In this document: piece after piece, positions 8,248 to 16,410 of the stretch | Numbering within the stretch: the stretch's first letter is position 1 | Layout of the letters: each line of letters begins with the position of its first letter | Assembly (NCBI GenBank): GCA_047285305.1 | Contig: JBJBDL010000003.1 | Span: forward strand, 1,248,001-1,312,000 | Length of the DNA: 64,000 bases | DNA from: Synechococcus sp. | GTDB lineage: Bacteria; Cyanobacteriota; Cyanobacteriia; PCC-6307; Cyanobiaceae | Reading direction: 5' to 3' | Position numbers and translations under genes: made by a program | Notes under the pieces: generated by a model | The model's database searches: none | What the model saw: the letters and a program-made list of their open reading frames with translations, nothing else | Told to the model about the DNA's origin: nothing

Positions 8248-8305
8248 TCCAGGTCCCCGTTCCTTGGCCTGGTGATCTGCGCCTCGCAGAAGCGAGGTGA
8301 ACGTT
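8248..8305 (-). ncRNA. Glutamine riboswitch, Downstream-peptide class, copy 2
   Basis: Reverse complement CGTTCA-CCTCGC/GCGAGG-CGCAG...CCAGG-CCAAGGAACGGGGA-CCTGG shows compensatory changes relative to copy 1. Confidence 0.85.
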
Positions 8306-8309
8306 GTTA

Positions 8310-8323
8310 GTAGCGGTTGCTAC
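8310..8323 (-). promoter_or_regulatory. NtcA binding site
   Basis: Reverse complement GTA-GCAACCGC-TAC, in the same position as in copy 1. Confidence 0.75.
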
Positions 8324-8521
8324 AAGCTCTTTATAAGAGCAAAGTCACCCCCTGTGTCGTTCAAGCGGATACACAGTGCGTTTCTGGCTGTTTTCAGCTC
8401 AATGCCCTCATCCAATATCCAGGCAAGCGGAGCTCAGAGCGATTGAAGCTCTGCTGCACCACTAGCTCTGCCAGTGCGGTGCGATTCAGTCGTGACCGCC
8501 CTGACTATTGCTAAATCGCTT

Positions 8522-8587
8522 CGTCTACTACTGAATCGCAGATAAGGTGATCTGCCCGCAAATCAAAGGCAGATCACCCGAGCCAAG
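8522..8587. repeat. GGTGATC-hairpin motif copy B
   Basis: Perfect 11-bp stem GGTGATCTGCC/GGCAGATCACC followed by GAGCCAAG. Confidence 0.7.
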
Positions 8588-8653
8588 CCCACCACCTCTG
8601 CGGGCAAGTCTCACCTAAGTTCATAACCTTAATATCCTTACCATGCCACCTCA

Positions 8654-8767
8654 ACGGATCGCGGCTACGTCAACTGGCTGGAGAAGTTGCCTTGCAACCG
8701 CAAGCTGCAATTGGTAAGCGGCTGGAGGTGCTGGAGAACGTTGGCCCCGTCCTTGATGTGTGTCTAA
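8654..8767 (+). pseudogene. Degenerate paralog of the 10908-11108 peptide
   Basis: ACG-DRGYVNWLEKLPCNRK versus M-NRDYINWLETLSCNRR; start codon is ACG and the ORF stops early. Confidence 0.6.
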
Positions 8768-8859
8768 GGCCACAGTTTGCGTTGTTGACTTCCGGACATT
8801 GCACTGCCTGGACCACAGAGTTTTTGAAATTCGTGCAGGGTTGATGGATTCTACGTTTT

Positions 8860-9048
8860 TTGGAGTGCGCTGTGGGCTATTCCTACCGTGATTGTCTGAG
8901 CGAAGAGATTGAGATCCTTCAGTTAATGCTTTACCGGGACGAGTTGGTTCAGGATCCCAGTGCTCGCAAGTACTGTGAACCTCTCTTGGATAAATTAGAG
9001 GCGAATATAAAAGAACTTGCTGATCTCGATGCTCAGTTAGCTGCTTAG
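8860..9048 (+). CDS. Small hypothetical protein
   Basis: 62 aa acidic helical ORF; true start uncertain. Confidence 0.45.
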   Translation: MECAVGYSYRDCLSEEIEILQLMLYRDELVQDPSARKYCEPLLDKLEANIKELADLDAQLAA

Positions 9049-9195
9049 TTCCTATCAGCGATGGTTGTTTGGCGTGGCATTGAAGAAGTATAGATAAGCA
9101 TCCGGGCTGGTTGGTATGTTGATCGACTGCCGCCATGTAAAGCAGCGTTAACCGTGAACAACGAGTCATCACCTCGTTGTGGGAAAGTTCTGAGT

Positions 9196-9342
9196 ATGAG
9201 TCAAAACACAAAAGAGATTCCGGTCTGGGTCGGTGGCGAGTCAGGTCAACGGAAGCGCTACTTGAAATCGTTGGAGAAGGACCTGGAAGCTGATCTGGGA
9301 CCTGATTGGCGGAACGTGATTGAGCTTGCGAAGGACAGCTAA
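9196..9342 (+). CDS. Small hypothetical protein
   Basis: MSQNTKEIPVWVGG..., 48 aa. Confidence 0.45.
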   Translation: MSQNTKEIPVWVGGESGQRKRYLKSLEKDLEADLGPDWRNVIELAKDS

Positions 9343-9440
9343 CGCCTGCGCCTCGCTTTGATCTTTAAGGCTCGCTTATTGCGCCACACCGCGAGATAGC
9401 TGCCAAGACCTAAGCCAAACAGCAGAAGAAGAGGGCTCAT
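9339..9440 (-). CDS. Small hydrophobic/cationic membrane peptide (33 aa)
   Basis: MSPLLLLFGLGLGSYLAVWRNKRALKIKARRRR starts 2 nt after the stop of 9443-9673. Confidence 0.5.
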   Translation of the reverse strand: MSPLLLLFGLGLGSYLAVWRNKRALKIKARRRR

Positions 9441-9442
9441 CT

Positions 9443-9673
9443 TCAGTGGCAGCTCATGGGTTCATAGTCGGTTAGTACCCGATCTACTCGTGAGGCGTAT
9501 TTCTCGATAACAGACTCTCTCGCCAATACTCCTTCTGCCTCGTAGGGAGCCATTCTCCTGCCCATGCAGTTAATGACCTCATCGTTGACAAATTCTGCAG
9601 AACATCTTGCTTTGGCTTTCTCCATTGCATGCAGGACGATTGCGTTTTGACTCGCTAGGGCTTCGGTATCCAT
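9443..9673 (-). CDS. Hypothetical protein
   Basis: 76 aa ORF preceded by AAAGG. Confidence 0.55.
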   Translation of the reverse strand: MDTEALASQNAIVLHAMEKAKARCSAEFVNDEVINCMGRRMAPYEAEGVLARESVIEKYASRVDRVLTDYEPMSCH

Positions 9674-9828
9674 AGCTGCCTTTAAGCGTGCAGCAGCTCT
9701 TTGTATTGCTTCGCATTGGATATATCCATAGCGTGAGAGCCAGGTACCAGGAAGACAAGCGGAAGCAGCAGTGGCCGTTTCACTTCAAAAGGCTCGGTAT
9801 GCCATCCAGTCTGGCTAATAGTTGAGGT

Positions 9829-10101
9829 ATGCACAAAAAGGGCCGCAGCTTTCACGAGTCGCCAGAAAAGGCTGGTGGTGAGGGGTGGCTGTATTCCGAC
9901 CAGCAGCAGAAGCTCTGCCACTTCAAGCCCGACACGGCGACGGTTCCCGCTCAGTGGGTAGCCATCAGGACCTACAGCTACGTTCCGCCCCGCCCGCCTG
10001 AGCCGATGACGCGACGGCTGTTGCTGCGGCACAACGCGATTGAGGCTTGGCAGACGATGCAGAAGACGGGCTGGAGGCGTTGTCCGCCGCCTGTGCGCTG
10101 A
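9829..10101 (+). CDS. DUF1651 family protein
   Basis: GWL...F.PD...RRLLLRHNAIEAWQTMQKTGWRRCPP, typical of this picocyanobacterial family. Confidence 0.7.
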   Translation: MHKKGRSFHESPEKAGGEGWLYSDQQQKLCHFKPDTATVPAQWVAIRTYSYVPPRPPEPMTRRLLLRHNAIEAWQTMQKTGWRRCPPPVR

Positions 10102-10305
10102 TCAGATGAGGTCGTAGGCCCTCAATACCTGAACGCGAATGCCCCCAAGCTTTTGCCACGACTGCAGCGCATCCTCTTTGGACTGAAAGGGAAGCCAATC
10201 GTCTTCTTTTATGCGGCGCTGGATATGAGCCGCGACTCTTTGGGCTACGACCGCGTCGCTTTTAAAGCGAACGCTGATGGGGTGCCCATTAATTTTCAGC
10301 TCCAT
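10102..10305 (-). CDS. Hypothetical protein
   Basis: 67 aa ORF abutting DUF1651 convergently. Confidence 0.6.
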   Translation of the reverse strand: MELKINGHPISVRFKSDAVVAQRVAAHIQRRIKEDDWLPFQSKEDALQSWQKLGGIRVQVLRAYDLI

Positions 10306-10366
10306 CAGCGAATCAAGAGTTCAGCCAGTTTGCCTTTGAGTACTGCTGTTGCTGCTTCTGCGCTGA

Positions 10367-10510
10367 TTAGCGAATAACCACCTTCTGAATAGGGCAATGT
10401 TCATTCGCCATCTGTCGCAAGACCGCAGCGACTCCATGAGTGTTGCGGAATGCTTGGTAGATAGCCAATTGGTTGTTTAGGTCTTGGCAGCTCTTGCTTT
10501 TGAGATCCAT
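10367..10510 (-). CDS. Small hypothetical protein
   Basis: MDLKSKSCQDLNNQLAIYQAFRN..., 47 aa. Confidence 0.45.
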   Translation of the reverse strand: MDLKSKSCQDLNNQLAIYQAFRNTHGVAAVLRQMANEHCPIQKVVIR

Positions 10511-10787
10511 TTGGTCAGTGCAGAGAACTGACTCAACGCTTGCCTTGGTTCGCCTGCAATTGGAGTGTGATCTGGCACCAATTGCTGATTGCTGCTGCTG
10601 CTGCTGACTTGGCGATTCAGGTCGTTCTGACTGGTTTGCTGCTGCCTTTGTGATGGCTGAGAACGGGGCCTCACACAATTTCCAGACAAGAGGAGACTTA
10701 GGTGCGAGGAGTATGGCTCCGCTGTATCACCAGCTCATGCGCGATCCACTGGTGCAGTTCAACACAGCCGTCTTTTCACTGCTGTAT

Positions 10788-10856
10788 CGCGTCAACTACT
10801 ACCAAATCGTAGACAGGGTGATCCGGCCAGCCGTCGGACAGATCACCCGAGCCAAG
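10788..10856. repeat. GGTGATC-hairpin motif copy C
   Basis: Same motif with a 17-nt inner segment. Confidence 0.7.
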
Positions 10857-10907
10857 ACTGCCGTTCCCTCGGATATCTCGTCTCATCTCCACCCCTAGCC
10901 ACGAATC

Positions 10908-11108
10908 ATGAATCGTGACTACATCAACTGGCTGGAGACGCTGTCTTGCAATCGCCGAGCGCCGAAGGTGAACCAGTGGATGGGTGGCTGGGCGCCAATG
11001 CCTGAAGAGATTGATCTGTCCAGCTACGAGGATTGGCAAGATCGAGAGGATCAGCGGAATCCCAAGGGTCTGATGTCTCGCCTGTGGCGTTGGACAAATA
11101 GTTACTAG
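10908..11108 (+). CDS. Small Trp-rich hypothetical protein
   Basis: 66 aa; a degenerate paralog at 8654 supports coding status. Confidence 0.6.
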   Translation: MNRDYINWLETLSCNRRAPKVNQWMGGWAPMPEEIDLSSYEDWQDREDQRNPKGLMSRLWRWTNSY

Positions 11109-11580
11109 AAGCACATGCAACGACTTTCTGTAGCCATCGCGACCTGCTTATCGGACCTTCACGGAAGAAATCCTTGATCCCAAAGCTCTCCGAAAAATGG
11201 TGTGCAGCACCAATGGGGACTCCCTATCAATGGATCCTGCGACATCTCCTCTTACGGCTGAGTGAACCATCGCAGCAGCACGGGAGAGCGACCCGTAGCT
11301 GGCAGACAATCCAGCCCCCATCCCACGGCAACTGTGGATGGGGCTGGCTTTCTGCGCTCTTCAGATCTCTGAAAAGAGTTGGTGCATTCGCGCTAAAACT
11401 TTGTATTGCAACGAACTTGTTTGCAGCGGATACCGCATCGCTCGGGGAGAACGTCGTTCTCCTCGCGGGTCCGTGGCCCCACATCCTTGATTCGGTAAGT
11501 GGCTGTTAGTCAGCCCAACCGATAGAAGGGGCTGTCGTCACAGATGTCGTCGAGAATATCGGTCATCTTTCAGGTTGGGC

Positions 11581-11814
11581 GTGAGAAGGGCATTGCTGGC
11601 GTTGTTGGTTCTGATAACACTGCCTGCACGGGGGGCGGAGCCCATTCGCCTGCAGGTGATTCCATATCAAGTGAGGAGGCAAGAGATACCTGTCCTGCCG
11701 TTCTTGCTGCCGCCACCTCCCTTGCTCTTAGAACCAGCCAAACCCAAGAAGCGCAGGCGAAATAGTGGTAGGCACCAGGTCTGGGAGGACGATTTTGATT
11801 GGCTGATGGATTAG
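11581..11814 (+). CDS. Small secreted Pro-rich hypothetical protein (copy 2)
   Basis: Paralog of 874-1107 with the same C-terminus VWEDDFDWLMD. Confidence 0.7.
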   Translation: MRRALLALLVLITLPARGAEPIRLQVIPYQVRRQEIPVLPFLLPPPPLLLEPAKPKKRRRNSGRHQVWEDDFDWLMD

Positions 11815-11832
11815 TCATCCCCCCAGTACCAG

Positions 11833-12021
11833 CTACGTCGGTGCCCAGAGCTTGCACTTCTTCTTCTTCTTCTTCAGATGCTCGCCTTGCTGCAAGTGCT
11901 GCTGGCGTCTGGTCAGTGACGCAGTGAGCTTGGCTTTGGCTGCACCAAAGGCCGCATCTAGGCCAGCCTCATCAGTCCATTGGCCGCAGTGCTGCATATG
12001 GGTACGCACGTCGTGGCCCAT
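11833..12021 (-). CDS. Hypothetical protein with a poly-Lys tail
   Basis: 62 aa; an (AAG)n run encodes KKKKKK. Confidence 0.4.
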   Translation of the reverse strand: MGHDVRTHMQHCGQWTDEAGLDAAFGAAKAKLTASLTRRQQHLQQGEHLKKKKKKCKLWAPT

Positions 12022-12170
12022 TGATGCGGCGAGCTGTCTAAGAGGTATGCCGGTTAAGGCCCCTCGGTAGGCGTAGCCATGCCGAAGGCTGTATGAGGAG
12101 AACCTTCGGGCTTTCCCTTCGTGCTCTGAATCGCTACCTTCCGCGGAGACTAGAAAGCCCTGTAGTTGCG

Positions 12171-12602
12171 ATGAATTTTTTTCTGACCTTATTTGCTGTA
12201 TTTGGGATTGCAGCGTTCACGCCCATATCAGTTCAATCAGAACAAAAAGCAAGTGAAAATAATACTTTTAATTCGTTTTGGTCGGGGGCGTCGCAAGCCA
12301 GTGCAGGAGTAATATGTCATGCATATAAGAATGGAATGATTGAGGTAGACCAAGCTCTAGATTTGATATATAATGAATACCTTGTTGCTTATAATGTCGA
12401 GATGGATTCCTGGAATCCAGATATTGATTGGCAAGGCCAAAGCCTGGGTAGTTCTTTTGTGGCTTCTTTTGGGGAAGCGCTTGACAGAGCTGGATGCGAA
12501 TCTTTGAACGCTCCTAACTATCTTTTTGCTCCTGAGAAAGACAGCAATACAGACATTAAACCAGTTAAAAAGCCAGCTAAAAGACGTGTCGGAGGGATCT
12601 AA
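12171..12602 (+). CDS. Secreted hypothetical protein, AT-rich
   Basis: Signal peptide MNFFLTLFAVFGIAAFTPISVQS. Confidence 0.65.
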   Translation: MNFFLTLFAVFGIAAFTPISVQSEQKASENNTFNSFWSGASQASAGVICHAYKNGMIEVDQALDLIYNEYLVAYNVEMDSWNPDIDWQGQSLGSSFVASFGEALDRAGCESLNAPNYLFAPEKDSNTDIKPVKKPAKRRVGGI

Positions 12603-12700
12603 GGGCGCCCTGCATGGATTCGCCCCGCCCACTTGACTTTGTTGGAGTAGCTCACCCCGCGGTATGTAAGAGCGGTCACGGCACGTGAGGCATTGCTCAT
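12599..12700 (-). CDS. Third DUF4278-like peptide (possibly a remnant)
   Basis: MSNASRAVTALTYRGVSYSNKVKW...; no riboswitch upstream. Confidence 0.5.
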   Translation of the reverse strand: MSNASRAVTALTYRGVSYSNKVKWAGRIHAGRP

Positions 12701-12729
12701 TGGTGCTTGGTAAGCCTTGCCAGTATTTT

Positions 12730-12770
12730 CATGGCATGCAGGGGGTCAGGAGTTCGCTTCTCCTTGGCTA
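12730..12770 (+). repeat. Degenerate tRNA-Ala(GGC) 3' fragment, att-like
   Basis: CATGGCATGCAGGGGGTCAGGAGTTCGCTTCTCCTTGGCT, a direct repeat of about 1258-1297. Confidence 0.8.
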
Positions 12771-12943
12771 CGTTCAAGAGAAGCCCAGCCTCTGGCTGGA
12801 TTTTTTATTGCCAATTCGCGGCGATGATCCCCCTCGATGCCCCGTGTTGGTGCAAAAAGATGAAGCGGTGCAAGCTCTGGGTATCCACCTAGCGAAAGGA
12901 GCTGGGCTGGGCACCTGAGGCTGGTTGAGGGCAGGATGGATGT

Positions 12944-13135
12944 ATGGGTAAGAAATCTAAGGAATCCAAGAAGTCAAAGAAGGCAATGCAGACCTGCTCT
13001 GTCCTGCTGTGGCATAAGACGACCATCAAGCGGATCAGACAACGCTTTGGTTTGAGTAAGTACCAAATGCTGTGGATCACCTTCGGCAAAGGTCTGCTGA
13101 TCGGCTACGTCCTGGCATTCCTGGTTCATCGCTGA
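12944..13135 (+). CDS. Small basic membrane protein
   Basis: 63 aa, Lys-rich N-terminus and a C-terminal TM helix. Confidence 0.6.
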   Translation: MGKKSKESKKSKKAMQTCSVLLWHKTTIKRIRQRFGLSKYQMLWITFGKGLLIGYVLAFLVHR

Positions 13136-13264
13136 ATGGACTCCACCCAGAAGCTCGTGGAGAAACTGGTTGAGAGGCGGATGCGGGTCACTGGAGAGTC
13201 GCAGGCGGTAGCCACTGCCAACGTGATGGCAGCTTTCGAGAAGCTGAGGAAAGACAAGGAGTAG
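13136..13264 (+). CDS. Small hypothetical protein (42 aa)
   Basis: MDSTQKLVEKLVERRMRVTGESQAVATANVMAAFEKLRKDKE directly follows the upstream stop. Confidence 0.55.
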   Translation: MDSTQKLVEKLVERRMRVTGESQAVATANVMAAFEKLRKDKE

Positions 13265-13496
13265 CCAGACCCGCTGCAAGCTTTGGGCTCCAGAAGCGAG
13301 CTAGATCGGGCTGCACCGTGGCGGCATAAGAAAGCCGGGTGCTGTCTCCAATCGCAACCAGGCTGACGCATTCACCTTGATGTAGCTGGACTTGGCCCGT
13401 CCCGTAGAACTTCAGTTATGGCTCAACTGTTCAGCCCGATACATGAGCTAACTGGCGCATTCACTTGGGGCCCCGGCGGCACCGTGGGCTGGCTGA

Positions 13497-13739
13497 TCAA
13501 AAACCGCGGCCGTCACGCTCCCGCATTTCCAGGCGGAGTTGCTGATAGCGAAGCAAGGCCCGCTCTTCATCCAACTGAGGAAACAACAAACGGGCCTCCT
13601 CCAAGCTTGGTGGCTCCAAGAGCCAGTCATCAGAGCGATCCGGGGCCACTTGCTCAGGCTTGCGTTCCCACGGCTGGCGTCCTGGTGCGACCCAGCCAAA
13701 CCAGCGACGAAAACGATCGAACAGCTCGAGTGGATGCAT
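13497..13739 (-). CDS. Hypothetical protein
   Basis: 80 aa with core-like codon usage. Confidence 0.6.
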   Translation of the reverse strand: MHPLELFDRFRRWFGWVAPGRQPWERKPEQVAPDRSDDWLLEPPSLEEARLLFPQLDEERALLRYQQLRLEMRERDGRGF

Positions 13740-13757
13740 CCGATCACCCTAAGGAGA

Positions 13758-13964
13758 TCACGAATCCAGGCGTTGGGATGCCTGCATGGCGTACGCCTTC
13801 GGGCGATCAGAAAAAACCTCCTCGTTTTGAGGCATCCGGCTCTGCGGTTGCCGCTGCCTCGGATCCTCCCCATTGCGCCAGGGGGTGAACATCAGGAAGT
13901 TGCCGGCCACCAGTCCTGCCGTCACGATCACTGCGGCAATCTGCTCGAGCTGTTCGATCTCCAT
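13758..13964 (-). CDS. Small membrane protein
   Basis: 68 aa with one TM helix. Confidence 0.6.
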   Translation of the reverse strand: MEIEQLEQIAAVIVTAGLVAGNFLMFTPWRNGEDPRQRQPQSRMPQNEEVFSDRPKAYAMQASQRLDS

Positions 13965-14239
13965 CCCTGCATTGTCCCGCGTTCTTCCAGCAGGGGTGTC
14001 CCCTGCATCGTCGAGGGCTTGGGATTCAGCTCGCTCTGCAGTTCAAGGCAAAGGGCGGCTCCCAGCATCACCGTGACTACGCCGAGTCCCTCACTCAGCT
14101 TGAGTCGCCTTCTGGGCTTGCGAAAAATACAGCGGGTCATGCCAGGCCCCTTGTTTCTCAGCCTGGTTTAACGCTTGTTTTCAGTTCAAATTGAAGCGTT
14201 GGCCACGAGAACGCTGGGAAAACTCTGAGACAACCGCTC

Positions 14240-14467
14240 TCAATCCTCTTTTGGGTTCTCCAGGTCGCGGCGGATCAGGGCCAGCAGGTAGGAGGGCGAT
14301 TTGTAGCGGGTGGGCAGGCAGCGGTTCAGCGTTTCCAGATGCCCCCAGCAGACGGTGCGTTCAATGTCTTGAACGGTTTTTCCCTGCTGGAGGAGACGCC
14401 GCAGCGCCTTGCAATACATCGGATAGCCCGCCTCTAATTCACCGATGGTGAGTTTCGCCTGAGGCAT
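14240..14467 (-). CDS. DUF3136 family protein
   Basis: LTIGELEAGYPMYCKALRRL...RTVCW..L..L...LP..Y.SP. Confidence 0.85.
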   Translation of the reverse strand: MPQAKLTIGELEAGYPMYCKALRRLLQQGKTVQDIERTVCWGHLETLNRCLPTRYKSPSYLLALIRRDLENPKED

Positions 14468-14512
14468 AGGACCACTGAAGCCAGTTCCAACCTATGCCCC
14501 CGCGGGCCAGGC

Positions 14513-14905
14513 TCAGCTGCCGAGCCAGGCGACGCAGTCGATTTCCACCCGTGCTCCCTTGGGGAGGGCTGCCACCTGAACGCAGGCGCGCGCTGGGCTG
14601 ACCCCCTCGCCGAACACCTCGGCATAGATGCCATTCACGGTTGCGAAATCGCCCAGGTCTGCCAGGAACACCGTAGTGCGCACCACCTGAGCCGGGGTGG
14701 CGCCAGCTTCCTTCAGCACAGCACAGAGGTTTTTCAGCACCTGATGTGTTTCCGCCGCCACATCACCGTTCCCCACCATTTCGCCGGTGGCTGGATCCAG
14801 TGGAATCTGCCCGGAGCAATAGAGCCACTCGCCGGCCAGCACTGCCTGGTTGTAAGGCCCAACCGGTGCAGGTGCGTCTTGAGTGGTGATGGCCTTGGCG
14901 CTCAT
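14513..14905 (-). CDS. ridA: RidA/YjgF family enamine deaminase
   Basis: APAPVGPYNQAV...SGQIPLDP...PARACVQVAALPKGARVEID. Confidence 0.9.
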   Translation of the reverse strand: MSAKAITTQDAPAPVGPYNQAVLAGEWLYCSGQIPLDPATGEMVGNGDVAAETHQVLKNLCAVLKEAGATPAQVVRTTVFLADLGDFATVNGIYAEVFGEGVSPARACVQVAALPKGARVEIDCVAWLGS

Positions 14906-14969
14906 GGGCTGGTTCTCAACAGCAGTCACCACGATCATCGCCGTTGGTGATCCCCTGCTTCGCCATCGC

Positions 14970-15719
14970 TCATGCCGGCCGCCACTGGTCCTTGTGCTGA
15001 CGCAGCACGGCCAACTCCGCTGCTGAACCGGCCTGCATGAACAGGTTGGTGCGGCGTTCCATGCCGATGCTGCTGGGAAGGCTGAGCTCTCCTTGGGCAC
15101 GGAGCATCCGCACCTCCCGGTAGCGCTCAGCCAGAGCTGCGTTGCTGGGGCGTTGCTCAACGGCCCATTGCAGGTTGGCCTCGGTGTACTCGTGGGCACA
15201 ACAAACCCTTGTGGCCTCGGGCAGTTCCGCCAGCTTCTGCAGGGCCTGATGCATCTGTTCAGCGCTGCCTTCAAACAGTCGGCCACAGCCCCCGCTGAAC
15301 AGGGTGTCCCCGCAGAACAACAGGGGCCCGATCTCGCCGCCCTCCGGGTTCGGGATGAAAAAGGCGATGTGGGCCCTGGTGTGGGCCGCCACATCCAGCA
15401 CCTCCACCTCATGGCCAAGAACAGTGACCTGGTCCCCATCCCGCACCGGCATCGTCTGAAACGGAATCCGCTCCCGGTCCTCAGCGGCGGCAATCACCGC
15501 AGCCTGGGGCCAGCGTTCCAGCAACTCCGGTGTGCCGCCGATGTGGTCGGCGTGGTGATGGGTCTGCAGCACGGCGGCCAGGCTCAACTGCCGTTCGTCC
15601 AGCCAATCGCACACCGGCGGCGCCACGGCGGGGTCGATCACCACGGCCTCCGCGCCTCTCACCCAGATCCAGATCACGTTGTCCTGGAGCACCGGCAGGG
15701 CATGAAGTGAGGAATGCAT
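14970..15719 (-). CDS. gloB: Hydroxyacylglutathione hydrolase (glyoxalase II)
   Basis: [31 protein letters not shown]. Confidence 0.93.
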   Translation of the reverse strand: MHSSLHALPVLQDNVIWIWVRGAEAVVIDPAVAPPVCDWLDERQLSLAAVLQTHHHADHIGGTPELLERWPQAAVIAAAEDRERIPFQTMPVRDGDQVTVLGHEVEVLDVAAHTRAHIAFFIPNPEGGEIGPLLFCGDTLFSGGCGRLFEGSAEQMHQALQKLAELPEATRVCCAHEYTEANLQWAVEQRPSNAALAERYREVRMLRAQGELSLPSSIGMERRTNLFMQAGSAAELAVLRQHKDQWRPA

Positions 15720-15759
15720 CGTTAAAGTCCTGCCTGGTTAACCGGTCAGCGCTGGACCC

Positions 15760-16410
15760 ATGATCACCGTCGCGTTGGCCAAAGGAGCGCTGCTCAAAGA
15801 CTCGGTGGCCCGCTTTGCGGCGGCTGGTCTTGATTTCTCCGCTGTTCTGGACAAGAACAACCGCCAGTTGATGGTGCCCACCCCTTGTGGGCGTGCCCGG
15901 GCCCTGCTGGTTCGCAACGGCGATGTGCCTACCTATGTGGCCTACGGCCAGGCTCAGCTGGGGGTGGTGGGTTACGACGTGCTCAAAGAGCATCAACTCC
16001 CCGTTGCTCAACTGGTGGACCTGGGCTTTGGCGGCTGCCGCATGGCTGTGGCGGTTCAGGAGAGCAGTGGTTACACCCGGGCCGCTGATCTGCCTGCCCA
16101 CTGCCGCGTTGCCAGCAAATTCACCCACTGCGCCCGGGAATATTTCGATGCCCTCGACCTTCCCGTTGAGTTGGTTCACCTCAATGGCTCCGTGGAGCTG
16201 GGGCCAATCACCGGTATGTCAGAAGCGATTGTCGACCTGGTGGCCACCGGTCGCACCCTGCGGGAGAACGGCCTGATCGCCATCGAAGACCTGTTCCACT
16301 CCACAGCTCGACTGGTGGGGCACCCCCTGTCGGTTCGCCTCGATCACGGCCCCTTGGCCTCCATCGTTGATGCGATCCGCGCAGCAAAACCCGTCGGGAG
16401 CTCCAGCTGA
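15760..16410 (+). CDS. hisG: ATP phosphoribosyltransferase (short form)
   Basis: ALAKG...DLGFGGC...GSVELGP...[16 protein letters not shown]. Confidence 0.95.
   Translation: MITVALAKGALLKDSVARFAAAGLDFSAVLDKNNRQLMVPTPCGRARALLVRNGDVPTYVAYGQAQLGVVGYDVLKEHQLPVAQLVDLGFGGCRMAVAVQESSGYTRAADLPAHCRVASKFTHCAREYFDALDLPVELVHLNGSVELGPITGMSEAIVDLVATGRTLRENGLIAIEDLFHSTARLVGHPLSVRLDHGPLASIVDAIRAAKPVGSSS

Larger units (their letters stand above)
1..13400. mobile_element. Genomic island / integration hotspot associated with tRNA-Ala (decayed satellite- or tycheposon-like elements)
   Basis: tRNA-Ala 3' fragments at 1248 and 12730, integrase, capsid and HTH remnants, internal duplications, short ORFs and lower GC. 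Switches to core genes at about 13.45 kb. Confidence 0.8.

Noticed and set aside
10590..10606. (GCT)n tract read as poly-Gln or poly-Ser
   Set aside because: It is short and lies in an unconvincing N-terminal extension of the ORF.
7297..10856. GGTGATC hairpin repeats as a CRISPR array or integron attC sites
   Set aside because: Spacing is irregular (1.2 and 2.3 kb), there is no cas or intI gene, and RYYYAAC/GTTRRRY ends are missing.
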